64,000 nt of DNA, taken from Auanema rhodensis (taxonomy: Eukaryota; Animalia; Nematoda). The notes below the pieces were generated by a model that made no database searches, was not told where the DNA came from, and worked only from the letters and a program-made list of their open reading frames with translations. Both the position numbers and the translations under genes were made by a program. The number at the start of each line of letters is the position of its first letter. Positions within the stretch are counted from its first letter, which is position 1. Where the stretch lies: the NCBI GenBank assembly GCA_964057225.1, contig OZ059895.1, positions 6,014,001-6,078,000 on the forward strand. Direction: 5' to 3'. Below, piece by piece: positions 36,701 to 51,567 of this stretch.

Positions 36701-39700
36701 TTGGTGAATCATAGTAAATTGATTGTTACTAATATCGAGTTCCTATAATTTTTGTTTTGAACAATAATTGTTTTTTTTCTTACCTTTAAGTTCGGAAGTT
36801 CCTTTATTACTGATATGGGTATCTGGCTAAGAGAATTGCCTGACACATTAAGAGATGTGATTTGATCAAAAATAGGTGGATATCTTGTTGGTAAACTGAG
36901 TAAACCGTTATAAGCTAAATGTAGCTTTTGTAGTGCCATTAGACTAGCAGTTGTGTGGTATTCAAAGCCTACGATTTTATGGATGAAATATTATCAACTA
37001 GATCGTATTACCTTCTATATAATTTCCTGAGATGTCAAGTTCTTCGATGCTTTCTTCAGCATGGCCAAGCCATGTTGAATTAAAAACATTCAAATGATTG
37101 AAACTTACATCCAAATACAACAAGTTGCACTTGACAAATGCTTCAGGGCTAAACGGACGTTTGACGGTGCCAAGCAAGTTATGTGACAAGGTTAGATGAC
37201 TTATATTGTTGCCACAGAAAGCGCAGTGTCCAACCTGTCAGAGTGAGCATTAGGTATTCATTCAATTTTTGAGAAAGCTAGTGAACATACCTCATGAATC
37301 TCATTTCCGCCTAGATTTAAAGTGGTCAGACGATTGAGTGGATTGATTTGATCTGAAGGCACTTCTTTTAGCCCGTTTCCAAACAGTCCCAATTGCTCAA
37401 GTCCTGGGAGTTTAAACAGCGCTAAATCTGCAATCTGTCGCTTCACATTGCAGTTGTTTAGTTGGAGATCCCGTAGAGTGGACACGTCTCCGAATAACTG
37501 ATTCATCTAAATAGAGTTGTCTCGGAATTGAAAAGAGCGTTATGTTCGGATTTATGACTCAGAAAGAGACGTGGAATGTATTCTTATAGAATTGTAAATG
37601 ACAAATCAATGGAAACAACAGAAAAAGAGTGTGGGAGTGTATAACATACCTGTTGCACGGAAATATGATTTCCATCCAAGCGTAACGCTTTCAAGTTACG
37701 TAATCCTCGTAACAAATTTGAAGATAATTCAGTAATATTGTTATATGCCAATGAGAGGGAAGTTAGCATAGGAAGATGTGTGAATACACCCGTAGGTAGA
37801 ATACTTAGTTGATTATGACTGAGGTCAAGATGCTTTAATTTTGGAAGACCTCCAAAATTACTGATTGTAGCATGTTCAATACTGTTTGAGCCCAAATCTA
37901 ATACTTCTAAATTGGGTAAGCTCATTGTACGACTCATAGCTGGTAGCTGGCAGTTGTTTAGACGAAGCTGACGCAAATTCCTGAGTTTGTTGAAGTTATC
38001 ATTCCAACGGAAGTTGTTAGGTTGTTTTCCTGGTGGAGCTTGTATGGATAAGCTTCTGATTTGGTTAGCTGGTAACCTTGACAGAATATAGGCCAATTTA
38101 GCATCATTAACATTTCCGTGATGACAATAGATGGAAAAAAATGGTGATAAGCCAGATGAGCTGGAGCCATTTATACTAGATGGTAGTTGATCACATTCAC
38201 ATTCGTATGGACATTGCAATCCGGATATGCTATTAGATAAACAGTTCGCATAGAATGAGAATAGTAGAAATAATAGAGAGAATATTAGTACGTGCATTAT
38301 CTTGATGTGAATGATAAGATAAATAGATTAATTAGATTGTAGAAATAATTATAAACTTAATTTGTCAGGCTGACTGACACCCTCTATCTTAAGGAATAAG
38401 TTGAGTGAATCTGGCAATGCCTTAGACTGCTTGCTGCTACTCTGAGCTGGGCCACATAGCGAAGGGGCGGGATTTGTCAAAATACTGCCTGGGAGAAGGG
38501 GGTGGAGGGGAAGTAGACGAATGGGGGGCACCATAGACAGGATAGAAGCCGTGTTCTAGCACTGGTGGTAACTGCTGTTTTGCCTAGGATCTTGTATCTG
38601 AAGATGATGCATGTAAGAAAATATTCTACACAGGATGATACTGACCAGACACCTAAGACGGTTAGTAAGCTAAAACCAGATGGTATTAAGTCTGCAACCC
38701 AACTGAGTTAAGCCTGTCATATAAAGAGAAATATTTTTATTTAAAATTACTTGGATTCGACTATTTTGAAATACATATTGTGGAATGTCTTATTTGTGTC
38801 AAACTATAGACAAAGCAGCTATCGTTTGCAAATGCAATCAAGCATTTGTGCATTGTGTTGCTTGACAGTCATTCAGCTTATGCTGTGTGGATGACCTTCT
38901 TCCACATGATGATTCCGTAAAGAAGAACAGAATGATATAAACAGGCACACAGGATTGTATATTATCTTTCTACCGTCAACTAATGACGTGAACGACAGGC
39001 GTTTTCATCTTTGCTAGCCTTTCTGTCGCGACTATTTATTTTTTTATAATAGATAGTTCCGTAATATAACAAAATTGTTATTTTTTCGACTAAAATATCC
39101 GAAGATGTTCAAGTTGTTGTAAAATTTCATGTACATTATGATTCAAACTATAATAAAGCCGACATATACCCAGCTTATCGTTTACTCATATCTGAACCGC
39201 TAGTTGCGCCTTACTATTAATCTATATGACCCCAGAGACTGAATGCTAATCCTCTGATATTGCGTGTGAGTCTGAATGCTGGTTCAGTTTGGTAAAGGGC
39301 AATGCTGACCATTCTATGTCGGGTGGCTATATGAAAGCAACACTCTGAGTGTGATTCTGGTAGCTAACGGCGGTGATACTATAGTAGGTTTATGGTATAA
39401 TTTCTCATTAACATAGGATTAGGAGATTACTCATAAATGCCACACATCAACAGCTTTCGCAAGATATTGGGGTTGTGGTTTGACTTGTCTTATCCTGCTT
39501 GTCGAGCTACATGATGTGTTATTATAAATGAGAGCCTTCTGCTAGCTTGGTCAGGTTCATGCAAATGGGCTGATCCTCTTAAGTATATATGTATTGCTGG
39601 TTGTGTGCAGCCGCCTGACGGTTTGAGACGATGATAAATCGAACAGGACCGTCGGATTAGCAATAGGAAAGCTGTTGCTTGTTTAGGTACTAATGAAATG

Positions 39701-41737
39701 CGAAATTTGCTAATCCATCAAGTTTCATAGCTTTTGCCTCTTCGGAACTAAGCTGATCGAGGTTAGTGATGATACTGGTGGGACCGCATACAGATGTCGG
39801 TTTCAGATTCTGAGATCACTGAATATTTTGAATATTCCATTCGCCATGGGATAAAAGCATCTTAGTATCGGCTTTTCGATCATTGTCCTATACTCTCAAT
39901 TAAACAGTCTGACGACTATATATGGTCGTATATATGGATCAACTAGGGTATAGAGGCGCGAGTGAGAGCCGTATTTCTTTCGTGGTCACATCACCAGGTC
40001 ATATTGTCACAAATGACAATTGGGTTGTTAATGAGCGAGATTGGAGTGGCCATAGTCATCTATCACGATCTCTTAAAGTCGACAGATGATGCGTCGAAAG
40101 CAGATAGCCGACGGCATCAACGCAAGCTCCATCTCTTAAGGCTGTTTGGTTTTAAGCTGTTCTCGGAAATCTTCACCCAGAAAGAGAACACGATAAATAG
40201 AATAAGAGAAGGAAACAGAGATTGAAAGAGACCCTGTGTCCCTTTTCCTTCCGGAACTTGTGATCTCGTCATGTGTTCTATATACTGCTTATAGTCTAGG
40301 TCTTAGGTTCGCCTGAAGAGCTCATGCTCATTATCATCTTCGCTGACATGCATGATTCATCTGGTCTTCCTTACAAGGCAAACACGTTCATGGCTCATTT
40401 GACTGGTTCATTAGTACGTGTTTCCGTCATTAAGGATCAGTCGAGAACAAACACTTGAAAGAGATCCGTCTAATTAATGATTGACTTGGCCCACCCGTGC
40501 TGTTGTAGCTCTCTATTTCGCATCTCCAATGTGAATATAATTCGGTCAAAAACGAGGCTTTTCCTCGGATAACTCAATGACTCGTTATCCAGATCTCACT
40601 CATTTGTGGCGTTGTCCTACTATCTGTCTGTCATTGGGTTCATAAGTGAAAGGAATAAAATAACATGATGACATAGGGATCTCTTGATCTGCAAGGGACT
40701 GCTGCTGGATCACTCTTATATCCACTTGACATCGAATCGAACACCTGTCCGTGTTGGAAAACGCGTAGCTCACGCACAATCTGGTCAATATCCTAATGTA
40801 ATATAAGTAAACGTAATCATATTTGCTCCATTCGACTAACAAGCAACTACAAGAAGATCTCGATTGAGGTACATTTCACGAGATAACGAGTAAAATAAGC
40901 TGCCCAAAACGCAACGTTTGGAATCCGCTAACAAAGTTAGATGGCGAAACATGCGCCTTAATAAGCAATAACTGACAGATTTTAGGCTTCGTTAGCAAGA
41001 TAGATATCTGCTTTGTCAACTCGTAGCAACTGTTTTTCTGTTCTATAATGAAATGTTTGATGAGAAATATTGAGAAACGAAACTAATTTTACCAAGCAAT
41101 ATATAATTTGCTATCTGTTGATCTATATAATATGAATGTAAATATTCAATTTATTTCTATTTTAGGATATTCTGTTCAATATACGAACTAAAAGAGTGAT
41201 GAAGGTCGTTTTACACACGAATCTACCAGGCCACTACGATTTCGGAATGTAAGATTTTCTTTTATTGTTAACCACTTGCTCCATACTTAAAGCATGCCCC
41301 TTTTTCTTCTTAAGAGATGCATGTCAATTCATTACTAAAGAAAGAGCAGAGAATAGAAGCTTTGCAATCAATTTCTCTTTTAGGTACTCCCGGAGCTTCT
41401 TCAAGATCATCAACAATGATGAAGTAAAGGAAGTGACAAACCAGTCAAAAGTAAGTAATTGTATGTGCAATCAACCTTATTTGACGCATTTTTTTTAGTT
41501 TTCTGATATAAGCTCATTGTTCAACGATGATACATGCTCAAAACAGATAGCCCCTGTCGTTCTCAGGACAAGAGACGAGTCGGACCCCTTCACCCCAACG
41601 TATTTATATGGAACATCCAACATGATCATAGAGGTTTATTCACAGTTACGAAAAGCAAATTAACAATGTGATTATAGGTAATGGACAATGAATATATTGC
41701 TTCAGTAACATTCTACGACCCTAGCTGTACTGAGTAA
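33771..41737 (+). CDS. UPF0183/PHAF1 (C16orf70; C. elegans T01G9.2-like) protein
   Basis: FTLGMPINQ, GINLYFDPSSQLL, FGSTVPG, LGAPSKVFYKSEDKMSIH, FFNYFSMGM/DILF..KVVLHTNLPGHYDFG, EVMDNEYIASVTFY. Intron 35389-41165 hosts dma-1. Confidence 0.9.
36041..38297 (-). CDS. dma-1: LRR transmembrane receptor DMA-1, nested antisense in the PHAF1-like intron
   Basis: Signal peptide, LRR-NT CPYECEC, many LRRs, LRR-CT NPWDCTC, TM segment, cytoplasmic tail ending in YFGI (DMA-1 PDZ-binding end). Confidence 0.9.
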
Positions 41738-41952
41738 GAAGTAACTTTGAATAATCATTTTGTATAAAAGATTAACCTGTATGTAGCGGAGCTGTATGTG
41801 TATGTATGTAGCTTGAAGCTGGATTTCTGATAAATTGAAATAAACTCGTAATATGTATATATATATATATATAGGAAAAAAATTAGTGAAATGCTTGAAT
41901 AGGAAAGAAATGACTATGAAGGTACTACAGTAACAATGAAAAAGAATGAATG

Positions 41953-44207
41953 TTAACCTTCGGAAATTTGACGCTCTATTAAAGCAGCCATATCGTCATC
42001 TTCGTCATCTTCATCCTCTTCATCATCGATGTCATTTTCGTCAATATCACCGTCAAGACTGACATCATCTTCACCGTCCGCAGTTTTAGCTTCCATTTCA
42101 TCATCATCATCATCATCCACCTCCTCGTCTTCCATTTCTCCATTTTTATCTTCCATATCATCATCGGGAGAGGATGAAGAATCGGAACCACTGTCGTCAC
42201 TCTCGTCCGACAAAGCTTCATCAACCTCATGTGCCATATCCATCATCACTTCTTTGCGCATAGGCTCAATGCTAGCAAGTTCGGGAACAACTAGTTGGTT
42301 AGATTGAGAGGGTTTATCAGACGAAGATTCCATGGTAAGTTCGAACTCACTTTCGTCAGCCTGAAATATGTAATTTATTGTTTATATAAATATGGTATAT
42401 ATAGCATACTCTGATCCAATTTTCGACACAACTCTGAAGCCAGCCGGGTTTAACAATAGGAATTCCTTTTTTATGAGCTTGATGAACTTTACTGCAATCG
42501 GTAGTATTTGAGAATATCAATTACAAGATCAATAACATACTCAGTACCCCATCTGGCAGCAATCACGTGCGTTGTTTGATCGGTCACAGTTTTTTCCACC
42601 TATTAGCAACAGTACATGGAAAATTTAGAAATTTAAATATACCTTGGCTCCAAAACGAATACACAGACGGTAAATTTCTGATTTTTCGAGTTCCATGCCT
42701 AAAGGAACTACTCCTGACAGCACAATAACCAGATGTCGCAAAACCTGTTGCCGAAGCCATTCGATTATAACCTTGAAAATATTTTTTTTGGTAAATAACA
42801 ATAATGCTGAGAAACACTCAAATCACACTCACTTTCACGTCCTTGATTTCGCCCGTTTTGTCATAATGTGAGTAGAAACAGGCGTGCACCTGTGTCAAGA
42901 TCTGCTCAATTTTTTCCAAAATGGAATCATTCTCAGTATTCCCACCTGGAAATGGGAAAATGTTAAAATTTCTCAAAATAATAAACAGTACCATCATCTG
43001 CGAATCTACTATCCTCATTACTACCCGCAGGCGAATTGATATCACCTACCTCGTTGAAGAATCGATACGGTTTTACCTTTACCACTATTAATTATTATCA
43101 TATTTCAGGTTCTACTGACCTGGATCAAAGCTTCGGAATATTGCCAAACGTCTGGTCGGTCATCAATAATGGCAATCATTTGATCTCCATTGGGAAAAAG
43201 TGCTTTCAAATTGCGTGTTTTGTGGCAAGATGAGAGCAGTTCCTCTCGAGACAACACGCGTTCCCGAAAGAATATCCCCTTGGGGTCGAGAAGCTGAAAG
43301 AATGTAGAATATTAAATGAAAGAAGGCTAGAACAGCACCTTTGCAATCATATGTGCATACTGCCGTTGTCCATATGTAACAATATGCATTTCATACAATT
43401 TGCTCATGTTTTGTAGAAACTCTCTTGTATAAGGACGAAGCTTAGTGTGATATTCGCCTCTATATATATTATAACGGAAGGTGTCAGGCTGAAAAGAGAA
43501 CTACAATATATGTAATAATAAATTGTTTACAGTCATCTGATTTGCAGCAACTTGACCATTTGTAGTATGAATAACAGTTTGATCTAAATCAACAAGCAAA
43601 ACTAATTTTCTAGTTGATATAAGATTATCTTGATCTTGACTCCCAATTTCTTTGGCTAACTAAACTAGCGTGTTCTTTTATTGGTACTGTTCATAACAAC
43701 AAACTTTACTAGAAACAATCAGTTCAGGGACATGATGAATCATGGAAACATTAGCTTCCGATGATTCAATTCGTTGACCAGCTCTACCATCTTTTCTGAA
43801 TGTATCATCAAACTAAGCAAAAAAAAGCACTTCACGTACTCTCTTAGATCTTTACCACAAGTAGCACAAAGATCTTTAATAACAATGGCATGTGAGCAAT
43901 CAACTATTCTAGCAATAAGTTCCCCCTAAAAAGAAAAAAGAAACTTCCCAAAAAAAACAATTTTTACCTTTTTCAATACAAAATTTTTTTTGACTCTTGG
44001 GTCAAATTCAACAACACCTTCTTGATCCACCTTCACTTTAACACTTTCTTCAATACCCTCTTCTCTATATTCGAGGATAATCTGGAAATTCAATGTATGG
44101 ACAGACTTAAAAGAAACACTTACAGTGTCTTTTTGAACGTAACTTCCATTGGCTGTTTTCCTACTCAAAACAGTCCCACTCTTCTCAGAGGGATATAAAA
44201 TTTCCAT
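41953..44207 (-). CDS. fcp-1: RNA polymerase II CTD phosphatase FCP1
   Basis: LVLLVDLDQTVIHT (DxDxT), YHTKLRP, IIDDRPDVW, BRCT-like region and acidic tail. Confidence 0.96.
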
Positions 44208-44354
44208 AAATTCTGAACGTTTTTCCATATAAAACACGACTCGTTTTCAGAATAAATAGAAATAGGTAAAAACCGCACATATATCATAACGCATATAGAA
44301 AATAGAGATTTATTGATATAAAACAAAACAAGAACAACCAGTATAAATAATTAA
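44208..44354 (-). promoter_or_regulatory. Operon intercistronic region rbpl-1 to fcp-1 (poly(A) signal, U-rich tract, trans-splice acceptor)
   Basis: 147 nt between stop and ATG. Minus-strand AATAAA at 44314-44309, U-rich TACCTATTTCTATTT, GTTCAG acceptor 5 nt before the ATG. Confidence 0.75.
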
Positions 44355-47300
44355 TTAAATTTTAAGGGTAATTTTTTTCCTTAGCAGCATTTCCGCAGGA
44401 GGAGGCGAAAACGTCTCTCGAATCCTTTTCTCATTTATGACAACCTCAACAAAACAAGATTATTGAAAAACTGAATAAATACTAGTTTACCTTACCCCGT
44501 TTTCGTTCAGAGGTATGAATATGATCACTGTCATCTTGCTTCTTATGCTTTATATCTCTGTCATCTCTTCGCTCTTTGTCATCGCGACGATCCCTCTCAT
44601 CTTTACGTTCTTTATCATCTCGACGATCCTTTTCCTCCTTACGTTCTTCACGTCGACTCTTTTCTTCACGTCGACCCTTTTCTTCACGTCGACTCTTTTC
44701 TTCACGTCGATCTTTTTCTTCACGTCGATCCTTTTCTTCACGTCGATCCTTTTCTTCACGTCGATCTTTTTCTTCACGTCGATCCTTTTCTTCACGTCGA
44801 TCCTTTTCTTCACGTCGATCCTTTTCTTCTCGTCGATCCTTTTCTTCTCGTCGATCCCTCTCTTCTTTTTTATCTTTCTCATCACGTTGATCCCTCTCTT
44901 CTTTTTTATCTTTCTTATTATTATCATCTTCTTTCTTTTGTGGCTTTTCATTCTTAGAATCAACTGGTTGTTCTTTCTCATCAACTTTCAACGATTTTTT
45001 TTCTTTCTTCAACCGCTTCCTTTCCTGAAACAAAACATTCTATATTAGTCAATACAAACTCTTTAGGAATACTTTTCTTTCTTCTTCAGTTTCTTCCTCA
45101 TGTTTTTTTTTATGACTCTTCTTCTTCTTGTGCTTCTTTTTATCTCTATCACGTTCACGGGATTGGGATCGATGCTTTCTGAGAAAAAACAATATAAAAT
45201 AATTAGAGTTTAATAATTCACTTATGCTTATGCTTTTTATTCTTCTTCTGCTTTTTATCTTCCTTATCATCATCATCTTCATCGCAATCTTTCGTGTTTT
45301 CTCCGGGAGTTCCAGGATCACTATCTTCCTTTGACGAAGAAGCGACAGCATTCAACTCTTCATCAGTCTTATCTACTTCTTTGTCAGAGAATACCTCCGA
45401 TGGCTTTTCATCCTCAGCCTGAGGTTCTTCCATTTCGATATCAGCTGATTCGTCGTTCTTCAAACAATATTCACTATTATAAAGATTAAAGCCCAACTAA
45501 CCGTGTCCATCTCGTTATGAGAGTCCTCATCACTTTTAATTTTATTCATTTCACCACAATCTTTTAGTACATTATCAATATCAGCTTCATCATATTCTTC
45601 TTCAACTGATTGGATTTTCTTTTCTTTTTGAGGTTGCTTCTCAGAATCCGAGCGATCACCGGTTTTCTTCTTTTTGTACTCTCTTCTACTGTCACTACTT
45701 TCTCGCTCACGTGACTATAAAATTGTTGATTATAAGTAAAAATCAATTTTGGTTTACCGAATATCTCCGATAAGAACTGGAATGTGATGTTCTTCCCCTA
45801 TCTCTAGAATCCCTAAAAATTTCATTCAGAGTTATATAAATATATTGCTCACCTATCATCATAACGACTAGAAGATTTCCATCTATCGTCTTTCTTGCGA
45901 TCTCTATCCCTATCACGATCCCGATCCCTGTCTCTGTCCCTGTCTCGGTCCCTGTCTCTATCACGGTCTCTGGCACTTCGTACGTAACGCTTATCATCTC
46001 TACTGGATTTATCACGACGACGTCTTCGATCAGGAGAAGAGTCAGAAGAACGAGATCTACTTCTATAAAAAACAAAATTTTCTTGAAAATATCATCACCT
46101 CACCTTTTGCGTGTTCTATTTCTATCTTTATCTCTGCCATCATTTCTAGCCAAAAATGCTTCCCAAGTCTCTAAAAATTGTGTACCCGTATTGACATTGT
46201 TAAGCATATGTGTAACATTTGAAGGCGGAGGGCGAGAAAACCTGAACAGTATTCATAAAATACATAATAACAAACGAAACATACATTGGATTCATGATAT
46301 TTTGTTGAACCGGTATACCTATTCCAGGAATTGGAGGAAGAACAGACATTACAGGTATGGGATTGCTCACACCAGGAGGACAGAGTGTGTCCGTGGTAAC
46401 ACCGGGAATTACAGGGGGTGGTTGATTAAACATTTGCTGAAAATGACACAAGTTACAAGAACATTACAAATAATACTCACAGGAATAACAGGAGCAGCCA
46501 CGACAGGAGCAGCTACGACAGTTGCCACAGGCTGTTGCATAATCAAATCTGTATTAGCACTAACAGTAATGGGTTGAACTTGTCGGCCATCAGTAATCTA
46601 TACAGAAACATTGAATTAGAAAACATAATAAAAAAGATAATATACCACGGTTGTGGGTATAACAGATTTGATAGAGGTTACAGGAATAGGAAGGGTTGTA
46701 GTTGCACCCGATTGTAATCCAATTCTAAAGAAAAATTCGTATTTTAAAAAAGTTTAACGTTTTCTCAAAAATACCTGATTCGAAGAGGATCATTAGTATC
46801 AGGGATTGAAGATACAGCGGGCACTACAGAAGGAATCACTGTAGTAGTAATAATAGGATTTGAAACAGGAATAGTAGGTTGAGAAACTATAGGAAGAGCA
46901 GTAGCAGTTGGAACAGATACAGGAAGGGACGTTGGAGTGCTTGGAGCAGGTGGAGTAGCAGCGGCAGAAGAAGAACTTGGAATATTGTTAAGCCAATTCT
47001 GAACTGCTTGTCGAACAGTTACATTCGGAACGATAGCATCAACAGAGAGCTAAAAAAATTAAATGGGGTAAATTAAAACTAAAAGAAAAGCAATTACTTG
47101 TTTTTGAGTACATGTAGGACCTGGACAAGTTCTCTCTCCCGTTTCTGAATAATTGTCGAAGCTTTGTTGAATGCAATAACTACAGAAAGAATAACCACAA
47201 CAAGTCGCCAATACAGCATCCTATACCACATTGAATTTAAAACTATATAAAAAGCTCAACAAAGTAACCTTCATAATATTTTTACATATTGGGCATATTA

Positions 47301-48480
47301 ATTCGGGAGGTACATCTCGTTCTTTTTGCTCTTTCAACTCTGTTTCCTTCTGTAATACACTTTCTCTTTCCGGTTGAAAAGGGTAACACACTTTTTTCAT
47401 TTGTCTAGCTCTCCAATGCATAATTGGTATTACACGCTTTCCTGAAGGATGAATCATGGCCAACGGATCATCGTCGGTTGTTTCCATTAACTCTTGAGAA
47501 GGAATTCCTGTCGTTCGCTTAGTATTTAACTGAAAAAAAACATCAGTTCGAACTTACCTTTTACGCTATGTAAAATTGAAATAAAATTCCCTCACCGTAA
47601 TATTAATTTTTTTATAATTAAGCAAAAACACAAGTGTGAGATAGGGCTTAATTTATCTATACATACCAACAATGCCACCAGGGCGAAAAATATCACAGCT
47701 TATTATACCCGTTATGTACCCATAATAAGATAACAATAAAAACAAAACAGATCTACAATTCAAATAACAAAAATTACCATAGGACAATTCTTGAACCAAT
47801 GGCCAGGTTGGTAGCAACGATTGCAAGTGTATGTTGGGGGAGGAGCACCGGCAAGTATTCTCGTAGAATTCTTCTGATAACTGAAGCAACGAACTTAGTA
47901 AAGTTGAACTATATGAGCAAATCTACTTCGAAGGACCGTATTTCTCTGAAGTCTGACTTTTGATATGCGCCAGTCGATCATCTTCCGACAATTTTTCAAA
48001 TTCATCCTAAATATTAAAATGAGTACAAATGCTAAATAAAATTGTTGACTAACTGTATTGATATGACCCACACCAGGTACAGCATCACCTCGTTCAGGTT
48101 TTGTAACCATACCCATATTTACACCTCTGGAAAACACTGCTAAAAAAAAACAAGAAAAAACAATAAACATACTGGACTTTTGGAAGCTTTTCAGCATCTT
48201 CTCTTGGTATTCGTTGAACAATAATTGAAGAATTCCTCGGAATTAAGTCTTCATCTGCATATTTCCTTTTAGTATGTGCATTCTGAAATGTAATATATAT
48301 TGTTAGAAATATTTAACGTTGTAAAGTTCATACCTCTAAAACTAAATCAAAAGCTTCGGCTTTGATATTTTCTTTTGAGCAAATTTCTCGTTTGAGTTCA
48401 TCTGCTCGTATATGCAGATCATTGAAATTTATAGTTTTATACTCCAAAGTTGCTCGAAACTTATAATGAACAGATGACAT
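44355..48480 (-). CDS. rbpl-1: RBBP6/Mpe1 3'-end processing factor and E3 ligase
   Basis: DWNN domain (MSSVHYKFRA..LIPRNSSIIVQRIP), zinc knuckle CNRCYQPGHWFKNC, KRTTGIP, RING CPIC..CCGYSFC, Pro-rich, RS/RD and Lys-rich tail. Confidence 0.96.
44645..44858 (-). repeat. Coding 18-bp tandem repeat (REEKDR)n in rbpl-1
   Basis: About 12 copies of TCTTCACGTCGATCCTTT with few substitutions. Confidence 0.92.
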
Positions 48481-48616
48481 ACTGAATAAGTCACATCAAT
48501 AAATCAATTGACAAGTTTATCCAGATAATTTGAGAGTACAATCAATTATATCAGAAGAGAAAGCTTGAAACACGACGCAAGCATGAACCGTCACGATTCA
48601 AAATTTTTTTCGAAAA

Positions 48617-48646
48617 TGACGTCATATGTTTGCGCGCGAGTTCAAA
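48617..48646. promoter_or_regulatory. rbpl-1 promoter: CRE palindrome plus CDE-CHR (DREAM)-like element
   Basis: TGACGTCA at 48617-48624. TGCGCG-N4-TTCAAA at 48631-48646, about 150 nt upstream of the ATG. Confidence 0.5.
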
Positions 48647-49874
48647 AAAGAAATACATTCGTGTCGAGACCAATATGATTTAGACCTTGAATTAATTTCC
48701 TTGCATAATTTATAAAAAAATATATATTGTTCCATAAATCTATAAAGCTTAAAAGATGATAAGCTTGTTAATGAGGTGAAACATGAGCAGTATTTTTTTT
48801 TATAAACAAACATCAAAGATTAAAGAAAAACTGTAACTGGGGGTAACAGTCGACAATGAAACATTAGATATTTAATTAATAACAGTTCTAATTTTCAATC
48901 AATGGAGCACACGTTCACCCATTTAGTTATTTATACTTATGTTTTCATTTTATCACACGATTTGGACCACTCAGAGAGCGCAAAGAACTATTGTTTAGCA
49001 ACTATATTATAAGACATATGTCAGAACGTTGTAATAAGTAGAAATAATTGTCAAATTATTTGGGGATTGGTTCGAGGAGTCTAGAGGGGCCTGCATAAAA
49101 ACTTGCACATCAACTTGTACTTCACAGCAACTTATTCATTTTTATTCTACTACAATAGTTCAACTTTATGCAGTGTGATTTTCGCACTTATTCACTCTTC
49201 TAAAGGCAGGTCAGAGGCAAAGATCTTGTCTTAGTTATAAAACACAGTGTTGCGGCCAGTGTGGCTGGGTTGTCGTCACCGTCATCACCATCAGTTTCCC
49301 TCCCCATCTTGCTGTTTCTTTCGTTTCATCACGATAGCATCTACAGTCATGGAAGGCGAGTCAACAGACGATTGTGGCCTTGCTTGGATCACCTTTCTAC
49401 ACATCTTATAATCTGTTCACTCATAAAACAGTCACTTACTTCCCATCTCTTGTCAACACCACCTTTTTAAGGCCACAAGTAACATCATATGGCTCACCAC
49501 ATTGTCTTGCGGTTTCCTTGATTCAAGTTTACTATTTACTACTCTCACAACCCACCTCACAATGTGCCAATCCTTCAACCAGCTGCTCCAATCATTTGAG
49601 CTTCAGCACCACTTCCACCCACATTAAGTTCCTCTGTGCAATTACGCTGGTGCAGTGTGTACGTGAACACCCCCTTATCAACGTTGATAAAAATTATTCC
49701 ACCAATATTTAAACACAAACAAATTTGATAATATTATACGTACATTACTAAAAATTAATTTTAATAGAGTTTTGCGCTTTTTCTTCATGTTTGTTTCTTC
49801 GATTTGTCACGTGAACTTCTATTCTCAGTTTTGCAGTTCCCTTTTTGATGTTCAGAAGGAACGATTGATCCCAC

Positions 49875-51025
<1,151 letters not shown>

Positions 51026-51567
51026 AATTAATTCGATCATAATAATATATAATTGTAACATAATGTATAGTATTCAAAATAGAATATAGAAATAAACTGA
51101 TAGATTATAAAATTTAACAATCAACCAAGGTTTATGTTACAAACATGCCAGATATGTTTCAAGACAACATGATCAATTAAACAAGAACAGGGTACTTGCA
51201 GAAAACTAAAACAGTAAGAAAATTATATTCACAACAAATCTGCCAATCAGAAATTTAAAAAACAAAACAGTAAGATAAAATTTCAAAAGCGAGCAGCAAC
51301 AAATAAAAAAAAAACTTACAAGAAGCCTAAAATCAAATAAAAACACAAAGTAGTTCAACCTAGTACTGTCAACAATTCCACAACAACATTAAAACCGGAG
51401 TGACAAATTCAACATGAACAATACCGGCATCATTTATACCGTTTTTAAAAAACAAAAGTTCAAAACTTTGCTGTAATTGCTTAAGTAAATATGAAAACAG
51501 GAGCTAAAATTTGAGTAATTAAGTATAGTTTGATTATAAAAGTGCCAAATATGAAAACACAAACTAT

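Noticed and set aside
38349-40842. Short ORFs in the dma-1 upstream region
   Set aside because: No splice-consistent structure or protein motif. Better explained as GC-richer regulatory DNA.
44515-45048. Overlapping ORFs in several frames (FFTSI, SSRRSF and KKRIDV repeats)
   Set aside because: Artefact of the stop-free 18-bp repeat. Only the REEKDR frame splices into rbpl-1.
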